In this document: one piece after another, positions 29,194 through 38,922 of the stretch | Numbering within the stretch: position 1 is the first letter of the stretch | Layout: each line of letters starts with the position of its first letter | IMG/VR virus record: IMGVR_UViG_3300031552_000004 | Span: 3,340 to 67,339 of that record | Strand: one strand, 5' to 3' | DNA length: 64,000 bases | Source: a virus | Position numbers and translations under genes: made by a program | The notes under the pieces: model-generated | The model's database searches: none | The model's input: the letters and a program-made list of their open reading frames with translations, nothing else | What the model was told of the DNA's origin: nothing

Positions 29194-29777
29194 CCTCCTA
29201 CCAAATGGGGCAAAGGTCCCTTGCTCATAGGTTCATTTGTAGGCACAAAAGTACAGAGACAGTTAAACCCCTTGCATTCCAAATCCAGGCTCTGTGGGCG
29301 AATCCCGGCGGCTTCCCACTGCGAAGCTCTTTTGACTTTTCCGTCCATATGAATGCAATCTTGGCAAGAATCCGATGTTGGCCCTCGCACCCATTTCAGC
29401 TTCTTGTCCTCGCCAACTATCGTCTTTGCCCGGTTCGCCACGTCCCGGTAGCGATTGGCCCACAACTCCGCCCGGTTCATCAGAGTACCTAACTTGCCGC
29501 CGTTCTCCTTGCTGCCCGCCTCGACCGCCGTGAGTAGTCCGTCAATATAGCCCATTTCGGACATGATCGCACGCTCGATCTCCATGCGCTCCGTCGGCGA
29601 TAGTTCAGATGGTTGGATGCCCATCTCAGCCGCACCCTCATAGAACGCCTTCGGAATGCCCATGCGAATCGTCGACTCCAGAGCATCCCAGCTTTGATAG
29701 TAGTCCAAAACTCCCGACCACAGCCCACGTACCACAGCATTGATCCCGCGGCGATAGGCATCGAAATCATCAGCCAT
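29190..29777 (-). CDS. Minor head/morphogenesis protein (Mu gpF/SPP1 gp7-like)
   Basis: After the portal; W.RG...SC.DC..MDG...C.GFNC.C. Confidence 0.7.
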   Translation of the reverse strand: MADDFDAYRRGINAVVRGLWSGVLDYYQSWDALESTIRMGIPKAFYEGAAEMGIQPSELSPTERMEIERAIMSEMGYIDGLLTAVEAGSKENGGKLGTLMNRAELWANRYRDVANRAKTIVGEDKKLKWVRGPTSDSCQDCIHMDGKVKRASQWEAAGIRPQSLDLECKGFNCLCTFVPTNEPMSKGPLPHLVGG

Positions 29778-31233
29778 GCCCGTTCCCTCGCAAGTCTTCG
29801 AACGTCATCATCGCGAAGGCGAATGCCTTGTCAGGATCCACCGAGCCGGAGCGAACGTTGTTCATCACCACGTCCACCGCATCTAGCGCGGGTTCCTGGC
29901 CCGGCGGGAGCAGCTTGGGCGGTTCTGGCGCCGGCTCATCTTCCGGGCGCTCCTTCGGCTGGCCCAGCATCTGCCGCGTCTCGCCGTCTGTCAGCGGGTA
30001 TGCACTCACCGCAGCGACGCGCGCGACGGCGTTGGCCCTGGTTTCCTGGATCGTGGCTTCCTCCTCCGCCGTCTGCTGCGCGAGCGGCGGCCATTCCCAT
30101 TCGCCATCATCGTTCTGCGTCCCGATGTCGTAGCTTTCCACTTCCGGCAGGATACCCAGGCCGATCAGCATGTCCACGAACGGACGGAAGATTTCGGGTT
30201 CGGCATACGTCTTTTGCCGCGTGGCGATCTCGCCGGCCCACTGCCTCATGTCCTCTTTCGCCGCGGCAAGCTCCCCCTGTGCCGAACCAATCAGCACCCG
30301 CTGCGGGATGCCCGATGCTGCGGCGATCAGCGAAAGCGTGATGTCAAACATCGGCGATACGTCCACTACTTCGGAATCTGCCACCGTGTCCACGTCTACG
30401 CCTTCCATCTGGAACACGCGCATGATGTCGTGCATGTAGTGCTCGATCTCCGCCTCCAGATCCGTCGCGGAGATGTTGTCCATCGTATACCCTTCCGCCG
30501 GGTGGATGTGCAGGCCGTGCCGCATGTTGAGCCAAGCCGCCTCCGAGCCGCCGCCGACCTGCTTGATCAGATCGTCCAGGCGGTTGAATACGCGCTTCAG
30601 CCGCGGCGTGCCATATACTTCACTCGATAGCTTGCCTTCCGCCAGGTGCAGGATGCGGGTGAAATGGACTAGCGTCTTGTCCGTCCCTTCACCCAGCTCG
30701 ACCTCGTACAACAATGGTAGACCGTAACGCGGGGACTTGGCATCTTCCTCGAACGTCTTGATCGCGACGCGCTTCTCTGAGAATGGGCGAAGGTATAGCA
30801 GCCCATCGGCATTGGCAAGCTTCCTGGCCGGCTTTTCCAGGTCGCCGCCATCGCGCAGTCCAAGCAAAAGGATGCCGAACCGCCCCACACCAGACAGCCG
30901 ATCCGCCCGCGTCAGGTAGCCCCACAGCCTCTTGGCCCGCACGAGTTCTTGCCACGCCTGTGCAAAGGGCGTTTCATCGTTGCCATCCTCGCTCACCATC
31001 GGCGGGTTGCGCCACGTGTCGATCGCAGGAAGATCCACCACGCGGCTTGCGATGTCCTGCCGGTCGTACCGCTGCCAATAATCCTCTATGGTGATTTCTT
31101 GCGGGTACCCGAGGATAGAATAGTATTTTCTGCTGCCCGCATAGGCCGTCTGCTGCCCCATCATCATTGCCAGCGCGTAGCGCGACGCGAATGCCGCCAC
31201 CTGTCGCGCGGTGAAAATCCGTTGCTCGCTCAT
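29770..31233 (-). CDS. Portal protein (DUF1073-like)
   Basis: 487 aa after TerL; Y.RQDIA.RVVD.PA.DTW, SPRYG.P..Y, IAAA.GIP.R.L.G. Confidence 0.9.
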   Translation of the reverse strand: MSEQRIFTARQVAAFASRYALAMMMGQQTAYAGSRKYYSILGYPQEITIEDYWQRYDRQDIASRVVDLPAIDTWRNPPMVSEDGNDETPFAQAWQELVRAKRLWGYLTRADRLSGVGRFGILLLGLRDGGDLEKPARKLANADGLLYLRPFSEKRVAIKTFEEDAKSPRYGLPLLYEVELGEGTDKTLVHFTRILHLAEGKLSSEVYGTPRLKRVFNRLDDLIKQVGGGSEAAWLNMRHGLHIHPAEGYTMDNISATDLEAEIEHYMHDIMRVFQMEGVDVDTVADSEVVDVSPMFDITLSLIAAASGIPQRVLIGSAQGELAAAKEDMRQWAGEIATRQKTYAEPEIFRPFVDMLIGLGILPEVESYDIGTQNDDGEWEWPPLAQQTAEEEATIQETRANAVARVAAVSAYPLTDGETRQMLGQPKERPEDEPAPEPPKLLPPGQEPALDAVDVVMNNVRSGSVDPDKAFAFAMMTFEDLRGNGHG

Positions 31234-32522
31234 CGCCTCATGCTCCTGATCGGACGCTTTGGTTGCTCACCCAGCCCATCCACGTATGCCACCGCATAGC
31301 GCATCATGTCACAGCCGTGGTCGTCTTCCTTGACGGGTTCCTCTTTCGTCTTGTCTGCCCAGACGTAGGACGGGATCTCATCTTCGACACACGTCGGTTT
31401 CTTTTCCAGCGCAAGTTCCTCGTCCCGTTCGCGTAGGCTATCACGCACGAAAAACAGCCCTCGCTCCGCCAGTCGTTTCTTGACGGCATTGATGCCCGGT
31501 ACGACACTGTTGAATCCACCGATCGCGTTCAGCCCCGCCGCCTTGAACTTGTCAATGTAGGCCGGCTCGGATGGATCGCACACAACGGCTTCGATGCCAT
31601 GTCCGTATTTCTCTTGCACTTCGTGCTGCAGGCCCAGCGCCTTCTCCAGCCACCAGTCGTCGCGCTTCTCCGTCCGGTAATACTGCGCCACGAGGTACAT
31701 GTCATCGTCGCCCGTCAGGCCCCACAGGCCCAGCGCACCGGGGTTGCGATAGCCCCAGTCCTGCCCGGCCACGAATCGCCGGAAGTGTGGCAGTTTGTCG
31801 TCGTAGATGCGATGGATGCCCTCGCTGTATTCGTCGTAAATGGCACCCTCTGGCTGCGCGGGTTGGCCCTTGAACAACCGCTTGTGCCGCACGCCGGTGA
31901 GCCGGCTCAGTACACCCAACGTCCGCTCGCCCTGCGGCAAAAGCTCGCCCGTTGCCGGATCGTACAGCGTTGGGTTGTCCTTGTGCCACGAATAGAAGCG
32001 GCGGATCGATTCGCGCGTGTACATCCAGTGCGATGGATAGGATGGGTTCGGATCCCCAATGGTCTGCGGATGTGGGACGTGGCCGGCCCTGCCCGTCGTG
32101 CGCGTGGTGAGCGTTTCCCATTCGTCCAGTGTCAGTTCTTCCGGCTGGTTGACATAGATGATGTCGTGTCCTGCCGACAGGATGCGTGTGGACTTGTCCA
32201 TCCCCGCCACCCAAATGCGGCTGCCATTGGGGTAGTCGAACCATTGCGGCTTCTCTCCGCCATAGGCTGACACCAGCGGATTGTCGCCCAGGATCTTCTC
32301 GCGAAATGTGACGAGCACAGTAGAGTAAGCCGAAGTCAACGTCTTGCGTAGAATGATGAGCGATGCATGTGCATGCTTGAACGCCACGCGATGCAACTTC
32401 CACAGCAGCGCGATCGTCTTGCCGGTTTCTGCCGGTCCAATCAGCAAAACCTCGGGCTCGGGACATTCTATCGCTTCCCTGTTGGCGCCGTAGAAACTGT
32501 ACGCGATGTCATAGGTTGTCAT
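31230..32522 (-). CDS. terL: Terminase large subunit
   Basis: Walker A GPAETGKT, DPNP...HW, DWGY.NP, DPSEP, DHGCD..RY nuclease motifs. Confidence 0.93.
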   Translation of the reverse strand: MTTYDIAYSFYGANREAIECPEPEVLLIGPAETGKTIALLWKLHRVAFKHAHASLIILRKTLTSAYSTVLVTFREKILGDNPLVSAYGGEKPQWFDYPNGSRIWVAGMDKSTRILSAGHDIIYVNQPEELTLDEWETLTTRTTGRAGHVPHPQTIGDPNPSYPSHWMYTRESIRRFYSWHKDNPTLYDPATGELLPQGERTLGVLSRLTGVRHKRLFKGQPAQPEGAIYDEYSEGIHRIYDDKLPHFRRFVAGQDWGYRNPGALGLWGLTGDDDMYLVAQYYRTEKRDDWWLEKALGLQHEVQEKYGHGIEAVVCDPSEPAYIDKFKAAGLNAIGGFNSVVPGINAVKKRLAERGLFFVRDSLRERDEELALEKKPTCVEDEIPSYVWADKTKEEPVKEDDHGCDMMRYAVAYVDGLGEQPKRPIRSMRR

Positions 32523-32886
32523 CGTCTACATTGGAAACGAAACGCACAGTCACCTCACCACTCTGCTCTTGCTGAATCACATCACCATATACTGCACGCC
32601 GATGGGCCTTGAGCAGAAACATCAGCAGCCGATCACTCTGCCCATCAACAGCACGCTTCCACGCCTCGGCCTCCAGAATGTCGCACGCGTCGTCCAGCGC
32701 ATCATCCCACTCATCGGCAAACGTCACCCACTTGCTGCGCCAGTTGTAGATGGTGCGACGTGGTACGCCCGCCGCCTTGCACGAGGCTCGCACGTTGCCG
32801 CTGTTGCGGAGGCGGTCGAGAAAGCGGTCCATCGCCTCTCGGTTGCTGGCGAGTGTGCCATTTGTGCCGTTGCTGTGCTCAGCCAC
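32509..32886 (-). CDS. terS: Terminase small subunit
   Basis: FL..L...GNV...CKAAGV.R.T.Y.WR HTH; LEAEA..RA.G.SD.LL.FLLKA. Confidence 0.85.
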   Translation of the reverse strand: MAEHSNGTNGTLASNREAMDRFLDRLRNSGNVRASCKAAGVPRRTIYNWRSKWVTFADEWDDALDDACDILEAEAWKRAVDGQSDRLLMFLLKAHRRAVYGDVIQQEQSGEVTVRFVSNVDDDNL

Positions 32887-32887
32887 G

Positions 32888-33916
32888 CTACCCCTTCGCC
32901 AAGATTGCACCTCGGATGTGTCGAGCAATAGCCCGCATCATCAGAGGAGGAACGCTGTTTCCCATTCTATTGACAGCATTCTTGTACTGACCGACAAACT
33001 CGAATTCATCAGGATAGGATGCAATGCGCTTCAGTTCACCAATGCTGCAGTTTCGTTCTTCAGTTGGATGCCAGATGGTAATTCCTCCGAAAGAAATCGA
33101 CTTCTGTAGAGTCATACATGGTCGACCTATCGGACACCGAACGTAGGAAAAATGAGCATTTGTATGTTCTGTTTTTCCTAGATTGCTTCCAGGTCGAACT
33201 CTTGCCATGCGGGCAACCAAAGGGAGCTTTGGTTGCCCGCATGAATCTGTTGTAGCTCCTGCAATAGCTCTGTCTGCAGCAATGATTCTATTCATCGCCT
33301 TTGGATAGCTCGACCTCTTATCCAGGTCTTCCCTTACACCGATGAAGATGAGTCGCTGCCTGCTCTGCGGCACCTGAAAATACATCGCATTCAGCAACTT
33401 GCAACGCACCTTATAGCCGCTTGCTTTCAGTTCTCGCATAATCTCGGCAAAGACAAGCTTCATCTTGCCCTTGACCATACCGCTGACATTCTCCATCACA
33501 AATACTTGCGGCTTGAGCCCTCGAAGCAGGCGCACGAATTCACGGAAGAGTTGATTGCGGTCATCATCCAGAATGCGCTTGCCTGCTGTACTGAATCCCT
33601 GACATGGTGGCGAACCGTCCAATACGTCAAGCTCTCCAGTTTCGATGCTTGCCATTTCCAGGCATTGCTCTACAGATAGCTTGGCAATATCACCATGATA
33701 GACAGGCGCATCAGAGAAATTGAGCTTGAATGTCGCCACGGCATTGTCGTCCCATTCAACAGCCAGAAGCTCGCGATAGCCTGCCATCGAATAACCCAAC
33801 GATGAACCACCACAGCCGGCAAAGGTGCTGATGACAGTCGGTGCATTCAATTGTTTAGGTGCAAGGTGCTGCTGCCAGGCCTCGTCCAGAATGGCCTTGT
33901 AGTCTACTTGGGCCAT
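32888..33916 (-). CDS. DNA (cytosine-5) methyltransferase
   Basis: FAGCGG, GSPPCQGFS, ENV, PQ.R.R, GNSVPP. Confidence 0.95.
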   Translation of the reverse strand: MAQVDYKAILDEAWQQHLAPKQLNAPTVISTFAGCGGSSLGYSMAGYRELLAVEWDDNAVATFKLNFSDAPVYHGDIAKLSVEQCLEMASIETGELDVLDGSPPCQGFSTAGKRILDDDRNQLFREFVRLLRGLKPQVFVMENVSGMVKGKMKLVFAEIMRELKASGYKVRCKLLNAMYFQVPQSRQRLIFIGVREDLDKRSSYPKAMNRIIAADRAIAGATTDSCGQPKLPLVARMARVRPGSNLGKTEHTNAHFSYVRCPIGRPCMTLQKSISFGGITIWHPTEERNCSIGELKRIASYPDEFEFVGQYKNAVNRMGNSVPPLMMRAIARHIRGAILAKG

Positions 33917-34398
33917 CTATGACCACACTCCGGGCATTCAATCCACTCGACCTCATCTTCTACCGATTCGTCATATTCAGGAAACTCGACATCCTTGCCC
34001 CAATCGAGCTGCAGATCAGTCTCCTCAAACCCCCATTCCAGCAGCTCATCCACCTCGAACGTGTTCGCCAGCTCGTCCCAATCCCACTGGCCCATCGTGC
34101 CCCGGTGCAGGTATACGACCAGTTTCTGGCGCTCCTTGTCCGTCAGCGGGCGACTCGACACGCGCACGTCCACCTCGTAGTCAGGCCCGAACTGCGGGAG
34201 CAGCGACCATACCGCCTTGCGCTGGTGGCCGTCGTACACTTCATCGTTCGGCCCAATGGCGATGGTCTGGATCTGCCCAAACTCTGCCAACGAATCGCCC
34301 AGCCGCTCGGCCTCCGCCTTGTTGATCTCGCGTGGGTTGTGTTCCCAGGGAATCAAGTCACGTAGCTTGCGCTTTTCGTTGTGCCATTCAATCATCAC
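33904..34398 (-). CDS. ParB/Srx N-terminal domain protein
   Basis: L.PWE.NPR.I, SL.EFG, DGHQR, G.WD...L; C-terminal CPECG. Confidence 0.8.
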   Translation of the reverse strand: MMIEWHNEKRKLRDLIPWEHNPREINKAEAERLGDSLAEFGQIQTIAIGPNDEVYDGHQRKAVWSLLPQFGPDYEVDVRVSSRPLTDKERQKLVVYLHRGTMGQWDWDELANTFEVDELLEWGFEETDLQLDWGKDVEFPEYDESVEDEVEWIECPECGHRWPK

Positions 34399-34409
34399 GT
34401 CACCACATC

Positions 34410-34647
34410 ACCGGAAGGAGGGACGCCGCTCGTCCCTCCTCCGGCTTGAGAAAGGAGAGAGAAGTACGAAAACACACAAGCGCCCACCGCGATACGCCTG
34501 GACACGGTGGGCGCCTGACTTCGATGCGCGTTGATTGCGCTTCCGAACAATTTGTATGACATACAACCCCAATGTGGGCGTGGGGGACGGGGGACAGGAA
34601 CCCCGTCCCCCACCGAAAGGAGCACGGATGGGGGCACAATCCCATCG
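34410..34647 (-). ncRNA. Structured ~240-nt leader of the late operon (four GC-rich hairpins)
   Basis: Inverted repeats at ~34411-34444, 34478-34516, 34580-34613 and 34627-34646 downstream of the minus-strand promoter. Confidence 0.5.
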
Positions 34648-34653
34648 CATTTC

Positions 34654-34682
34654 ATTGTACCACGGAAAGACGGTCCCGTCAA
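34654..34682 (-). promoter_or_regulatory. Leftward sigma70 promoter for the structural arm
   Basis: TTGACG-17 nt-TACAAT with extended -10 TG. Confidence 0.8.
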
Positions 34683-34693
34683 GAAAGTGGCTA

Positions 34694-34722
34694 TTGACAA
34701 ACCTTGGATTGTATGATACAAT
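34694..34722 (+). promoter_or_regulatory. Early promoter P1, back-to-back with the leftward promoter
   Basis: TTGACA-17 nt-TACAAT with extended -10 TG. Confidence 0.88.
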
Positions 34723-34762
34723 GTAGTCGTAGCGAACAAACATTCAGACAGGAGATGATGAG

Positions 34763-35107
34763 ATGGACAAGCAAGAGATGGCAGCGAAAATCAGCAATGA
34801 CCCGAGATTCAGCAAGCTCAATATCAGACTCAGCCCTCGTTACAACACCCTCTATGTCGATACGGCGGATGCCGAGCAGAGAGCAGCACTGACAGAGATG
34901 GGGCTGGAAGATGCTGGCAGGGACACGATGATCTGGAAGGCACCGCGCAATCAGCAGCCAGAATATCGCCCACTTCCTACCGAGCCAAAGACTGAGGAAG
35001 AGGCGCTCGACAGACTCTATCAGGCTTATCTGCAGCACGCTCCCCTGAGCCGGGAAGCACTGGAACGGCTGGAGCGCGCAGGCCGCATCGGCCACAACTG
35101 GAGATAG
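34763..35107 (+). CDS. Hypothetical early protein
   Basis: First ORF after P1; CAGGAG RBS. Confidence 0.65.
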   Translation: MDKQEMAAKISNDPRFSKLNIRLSPRYNTLYVDTADAEQRAALTEMGLEDAGRDTMIWKAPRNQQPEYRPLPTEPKTEEEALDRLYQAYLQHAPLSREALERLERAGRIGHNWR

Positions 35108-35110
35108 TCG

Positions 35111-35290
35111 ATGCTTCTCACGGTAAAGACACCCGATCTACTCTGGCGCGAGCTGGAGGCCGAGGCCCGAGAGATGGCAAAGGCAGTACACGGGGAAGAT
35201 ATCGAACTATCCCGTACCAAGTGGGGAGTATGGGTGACGGTGTATGGTCAGCATGGTGCAATCGTTGACGAGTTCGAGATAGAAGCATAG
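35111..35290 (+). CDS. Small hypothetical protein (59 aa)
   Basis: MLLTVKTPDLLWRELEAEAREMAK...; GGAG RBS; below the ORF-track length cutoff. Confidence 0.55.
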   Translation: MLLTVKTPDLLWRELEAEAREMAKAVHGEDIELSRTKWGVWVTVYGQHGAIVDEFEIEA

Positions 35291-35299
35291 GAGGCTAGA

Positions 35300-35614
35300 A
35301 TGCCGGTCTACTGGGTCGAACAGGAACAGGGAGCCGTGGCGGACCAGATTCACCACGCGCTCGACGGGTACAGGGAAGGTGCGTGGTCGGCAGCAACGAC
35401 CTGGGGCATGCTGGCAGATGCGTACCAGAAGGTCACGCACCGGCGGGCGCCGCAGTGGATGGAGCATCAGCACCACGTCGAGTACATGCTCACCACGTGG
35501 TTTCCGCGATACGCCAATTACTGGCACAGCGGGTCGCTTGTGGACTGCCAGGCAGAAGCATTGCGGCTGCAGGGCATCCACAGCGGACGGTTCCGCGTCT
35601 GTTACGAATACTAG
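35300..35614 (+). CDS. Hypothetical protein
   Basis: AGGAGG RBS. Confidence 0.65.
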   Translation: MPVYWVEQEQGAVADQIHHALDGYREGAWSAATTWGMLADAYQKVTHRRAPQWMEHQHHVEYMLTTWFPRYANYWHSGSLVDCQAEALRLQGIHSGRFRVCYEY

Positions 35615-35624
35615 GAGGGACAAC

Positions 35625-36503
35625 ATGACGACTTACCCGCTTGAGTATGGCAGGATCGCGCCGGGACCGGGCTTTCATTGGATGGGAACGAGCATCCGGC
35701 CCGACGGATTACCGGACGGCGTACACACCGGCGGCTGCTGGCTCACGCCCGACGAGCAATACGTCTGGAAGCCGCTAGATGCCAAGCCGTTCCCCAACGC
35801 CGAGGAACGGGTCAGCACGGACGAGGACAAGGTGCTGCGGGAAATGACCGGCACGCCGGGATTCCTGCGGGACTGGTGCGTCATCGAACGCGACAGGCGC
35901 TGGCTGGTCATGCCACGCCTCTACTTCTGGCCTCAGCGAAAGGACGTGATCAGCACGCCGCCACTCGACGCCTTCCTGCTGGTAGAGCGTGCGGTTCGGG
36001 CGCTGAACGCGGCAGGTTGGGAATATAACGACCTCCCGCAGATGGCGTACAGTCAGGACGAAGGCTGGTTGCTCGCAGACTTTTCCGCCGCGTACAAGCC
36101 GGGGCGATGGCGCGAAGGCTGGCACGGCGACGAGCACAGAATGGCGCGTTGGTGGGAACTGATGGAGCACCCCGACATCGCCGCGTTACGCATCAGAGGC
36201 AGGAGCATCGCGCACCTCGTTCAGCACCCCGATTTCTTTGGGAATAACGACACCGAGCCAACGGGGATGGATGGCGCATTCTACAAGATAAGCGAGGAAG
36301 CGCGGCGCAAGTACGTCCACGTCTATGCCAGCACCAATCGCCCGATGTCCTCCATCTGGGCCAAGATCGACGGGGCCGTGTTCTTGGGGGCAGACGTAGC
36401 GCGCGAATCGCGGGTCCACACCTGGGTCGTGGCGTGGCGGGAACTGTCGGCAGACGAGCAAGCGCGGTACGAATTGACGTGGGCGTGGAGCCCGTGGCCG
36501 TAA
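35625..36503 (+). CDS. Protein-kinase-like fold protein
   Basis: VWK (catalytic Lys), WLVMP hinge, YNDL catalytic-loop-like motif, ADFS (DFG-like). Confidence 0.55.
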   Translation: MTTYPLEYGRIAPGPGFHWMGTSIRPDGLPDGVHTGGCWLTPDEQYVWKPLDAKPFPNAEERVSTDEDKVLREMTGTPGFLRDWCVIERDRRWLVMPRLYFWPQRKDVISTPPLDAFLLVERAVRALNAAGWEYNDLPQMAYSQDEGWLLADFSAAYKPGRWREGWHGDEHRMARWWELMEHPDIAALRIRGRSIAHLVQHPDFFGNNDTEPTGMDGAFYKISEEARRKYVHVYASTNRPMSSIWAKIDGAVFLGADVARESRVHTWVVAWRELSADEQARYELTWAWSPWP

Positions 36504-36534
36504 AGTTGTATGGCATACAAAAAGGAGCAGACAC

Positions 36535-36916
36535 ATGAACCTTTCAGACCGTCTCCCCTGCGGCTGCGTGCCGGGATACTTCGATTGCCCCACCGCCCTG
36601 GCACTTCGCAAGGCTGCTGATCGCCAGTGGAACGCATACGCGAAAACGGGCAGCCTCGCAGCACTGAAAGCGTGTCGCGCCAAGTTGTCGGCGTACAGGA
36701 GGCATCATGAGGCACATCGCATACCCAACGCTGGCTGAGGCCGTAGAGGCGGCATGTTCCGTCCCCCGGTGGTTCGCCTATCGTGATCCCGAATTGGCTG
36801 CGTGGGGTTGGTATCCCGCCGACGAGCGGTTGGGTGCTGGCCGATGGGTCAAGCAACAGTGGATCGCCGAGACAGATGCCGGTCCGGTCGAAGAATTCGA
36901 TGAAACTGCCTATTGA
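36535..36916 (+). CDS. Two small overlapping hypothetical proteins (36535-36738, 36707-36916)
   Basis: Both ORFs have RBSs. Confidence 0.5.
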
Positions 36917-36941
36917 CAAGATCCTGTTTTCGTGATACAAT
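36913..36941 (+). promoter_or_regulatory. Early promoter P2
   Basis: TTGACA-17 nt-TACAAT, TTTCGTGATACAATGTAA. Confidence 0.88.
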
Positions 36942-36983
36942 GTAACTGTACCGAATGAAGGTTCACTAGACAGGAGACAGGAA

Positions 36984-37932
36984 ATGCACAGCACACCATC
37001 GACCGTAAGACTGGCAAATCTTGAGCTTGAACTGGCGAAGCGACTCCCCGCCAACCTTTCCCGAGACGAGTTCCGGCACGCATTCTACGCCGCCGCGCTC
37101 GATCTGGGATGGGGAACGAAGCGCATCATCGTCCACTACCGGCGCACGAATGGGCATTCCCACATCACCGGGGTGGAGTTCATTCATCCAGACTCGATGC
37201 CCTATATGGCCCGCCGCATAGACCTAGGCACGTTCGATCTCCAGGCCGACGGCGAACCAGTTTTCAACGAGCCAGATTTTGTCAGCAAGTTGCGGGCGCA
37301 GGTAGATCGCGCCAAGGCCAGCGAGCGTGAAGTCCGGCGGCTGAACGGGATGACCATCGCGCAATATGATGCCGATGGGATGCGCTCGGATCCACGAGAA
37401 GGAGACAAGTGATGGCAAAGAACAGCAAGGTTCAAGGCATTGCACTGAAAATGGAAATTGGGCACCATGATGATAGGGTGTGCGTCACATTCAATCGGCG
37501 CTATCACAACCGCCCCCGTTTTCACCAAATGGAGACCCATTCCTACCGCCTACGAAGCTCCCAAAGTGGCCTACGCCTGTGGGAACTCGCCAATAATCCC
37601 GAAGCATCCCGAGCGGATATTGACGTTGGCGCATCCGGCTTCCTTTCTGTCACATTCGAGGTTGATCAGCTTCAGGGCCTTGTAGAGAAAGACCCTGCCG
37701 GAGAGGCGACATGACCCTACACTGCAAGCATTGTGATGAAACATTCCATGACGGCCAAGTGCTGGCGTTCTGCCGCCACCTGGAGAACGACCATCACATC
37801 AAGGCGCCGTATTGCGTCGGCGACCACGGGCACTGCGATACGCCGCCGCGCAAGGTGATGGACCCGCTGCCTGGATTTGAGGATGGTTCAGCACTGCAAC
37901 CCTGGAGGCAACATGAGACTTCTCACGCTTGA
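36984..37932 (+). CDS. Three hypothetical proteins (36984-37412, 37409-37714, 37711-37932; the last has a C2H2-like motif)
   Basis: Translationally coupled ORFs after P2. Confidence 0.55.
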
Positions 37933-38398
37933 TCCGTCCACGGTCGCACTTGGCTGGGCCGTGGCTGACTTGGAAGGAATGAAATTCGATCACATCGCCG
38001 GGGGCACGGACGAATTCTCTGGCGATGAATGGTGGCACCGGGTAGAACGACTGGGCCAGCGTGTTGAGGAGCTTTGCAGCACATGGCTGCCGGACGCGGT
38101 GGCATACGAGATCCCGACGGGCGACCATCGCAACAAGACGACGGATCGCCGGATGGGCGCGGTGGAGTACGCCGTACTCCTGGCAGCCAGCTATTACACG
38201 GATCAGGTGTGGGGCTTCACCGCCGGGGCCGTTTCAAAGGAGAATGTGAGCAAGCACGGCCTATACCACGAGGCGCTGTTTGGTGCACTGGTCGGTAGGC
38301 CATCCACATCCGATGACGAATGCGACGCGATGGCACTCGCATTCGTTGCACAGCGAAAGTATCTGGACGAACTGTATGGACAGGAGGAAGGGACATGA
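37913..38398 (+). CDS. RuvC-like Holliday junction resolvase
   Basis: LLTLDPS...GWAV, VAYE, DDECDAMALA. Confidence 0.8.
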   Translation: MRLLTLDPSTVALGWAVADLEGMKFDHIAGGTDEFSGDEWWHRVERLGQRVEELCSTWLPDAVAYEIPTGDHRNKTTDRRMGAVEYAVLLAASYYTDQVWGFTAGAVSKENVSKHGLYHEALFGALVGRPSTSDDECDAMALAFVAQRKYLDELYGQEEGT

Positions 38399-38853
38399 CG
38401 AAGTTCACAATGGCGAAAGTGATGGACAAGGTAGCACATGCTTGGCTGCGCCACAGGGCAAAGGCGCGCGTCGAGGCCATTCGTCGGCATCCCCTTTTTG
38501 CCGACGAGCCAGTCTGGACGGACAAAGAGGGCTATCGCACGCCCATCTCCCTGCTGACGGACACCCATCTCGTCAACATCCTGCGCATGTATTTGCGCCG
38601 CGCACACAAAGAACATGAAATGTTCCTCAAGGCCGAATCCGCGATATGGAGCGGCTATTATCCACAGGGTGAAATGGCCCAGGATGCCTATTGGTCTGCG
38701 GTTCAAGAAGCAGAGGAGCTAGCAGAATTGACTATTTACGATGTCGTCAGCCGCTATCCGCTGTTCTACGAGCTAGCGGAACTGGCAGATCAACGCGGGT
38801 TGCTGGACGACATCATGCTGACAAAGGAGCGCACAAGTGAAGACGAGAGCTAA
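38395..38853 (+). CDS. Hypothetical protein
   Basis: W...G...PIS.LTD.HL.NILR motif; RBS present. Confidence 0.6.
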   Translation: MTKFTMAKVMDKVAHAWLRHRAKARVEAIRRHPLFADEPVWTDKEGYRTPISLLTDTHLVNILRMYLRRAHKEHEMFLKAESAIWSGYYPQGEMAQDAYWSAVQEAEELAELTIYDVVSRYPLFYELAELADQRGLLDDIMLTKERTSEDES

Positions 38854-38922
38854 CTGGGGTGCGGTCGTAGTCGGGCTGGTTCTGCTCGCCACGGTACTAT
38901 TGATGGCAAGGATGGGGCTGCT

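Noticed and set aside
29770-31233. Anti-CBASS Acb1 label often given to DUF1073 proteins
   Set aside because: Size and position directly after TerL indicate a portal protein
1-34398. Many long plus-strand ORFs over the structural arm (e.g. 2785-3861, 12992-14254, 25979-26956)
   Set aside because: Antisense shadows of GC-rich minus-strand genes; no motifs or RBSs
37913-38398. RuvC gene acting as a trans nuclease for TasA
   Set aside because: It is 8 kb away in another transcription unit and looks like an ordinary phage Holliday junction resolvase
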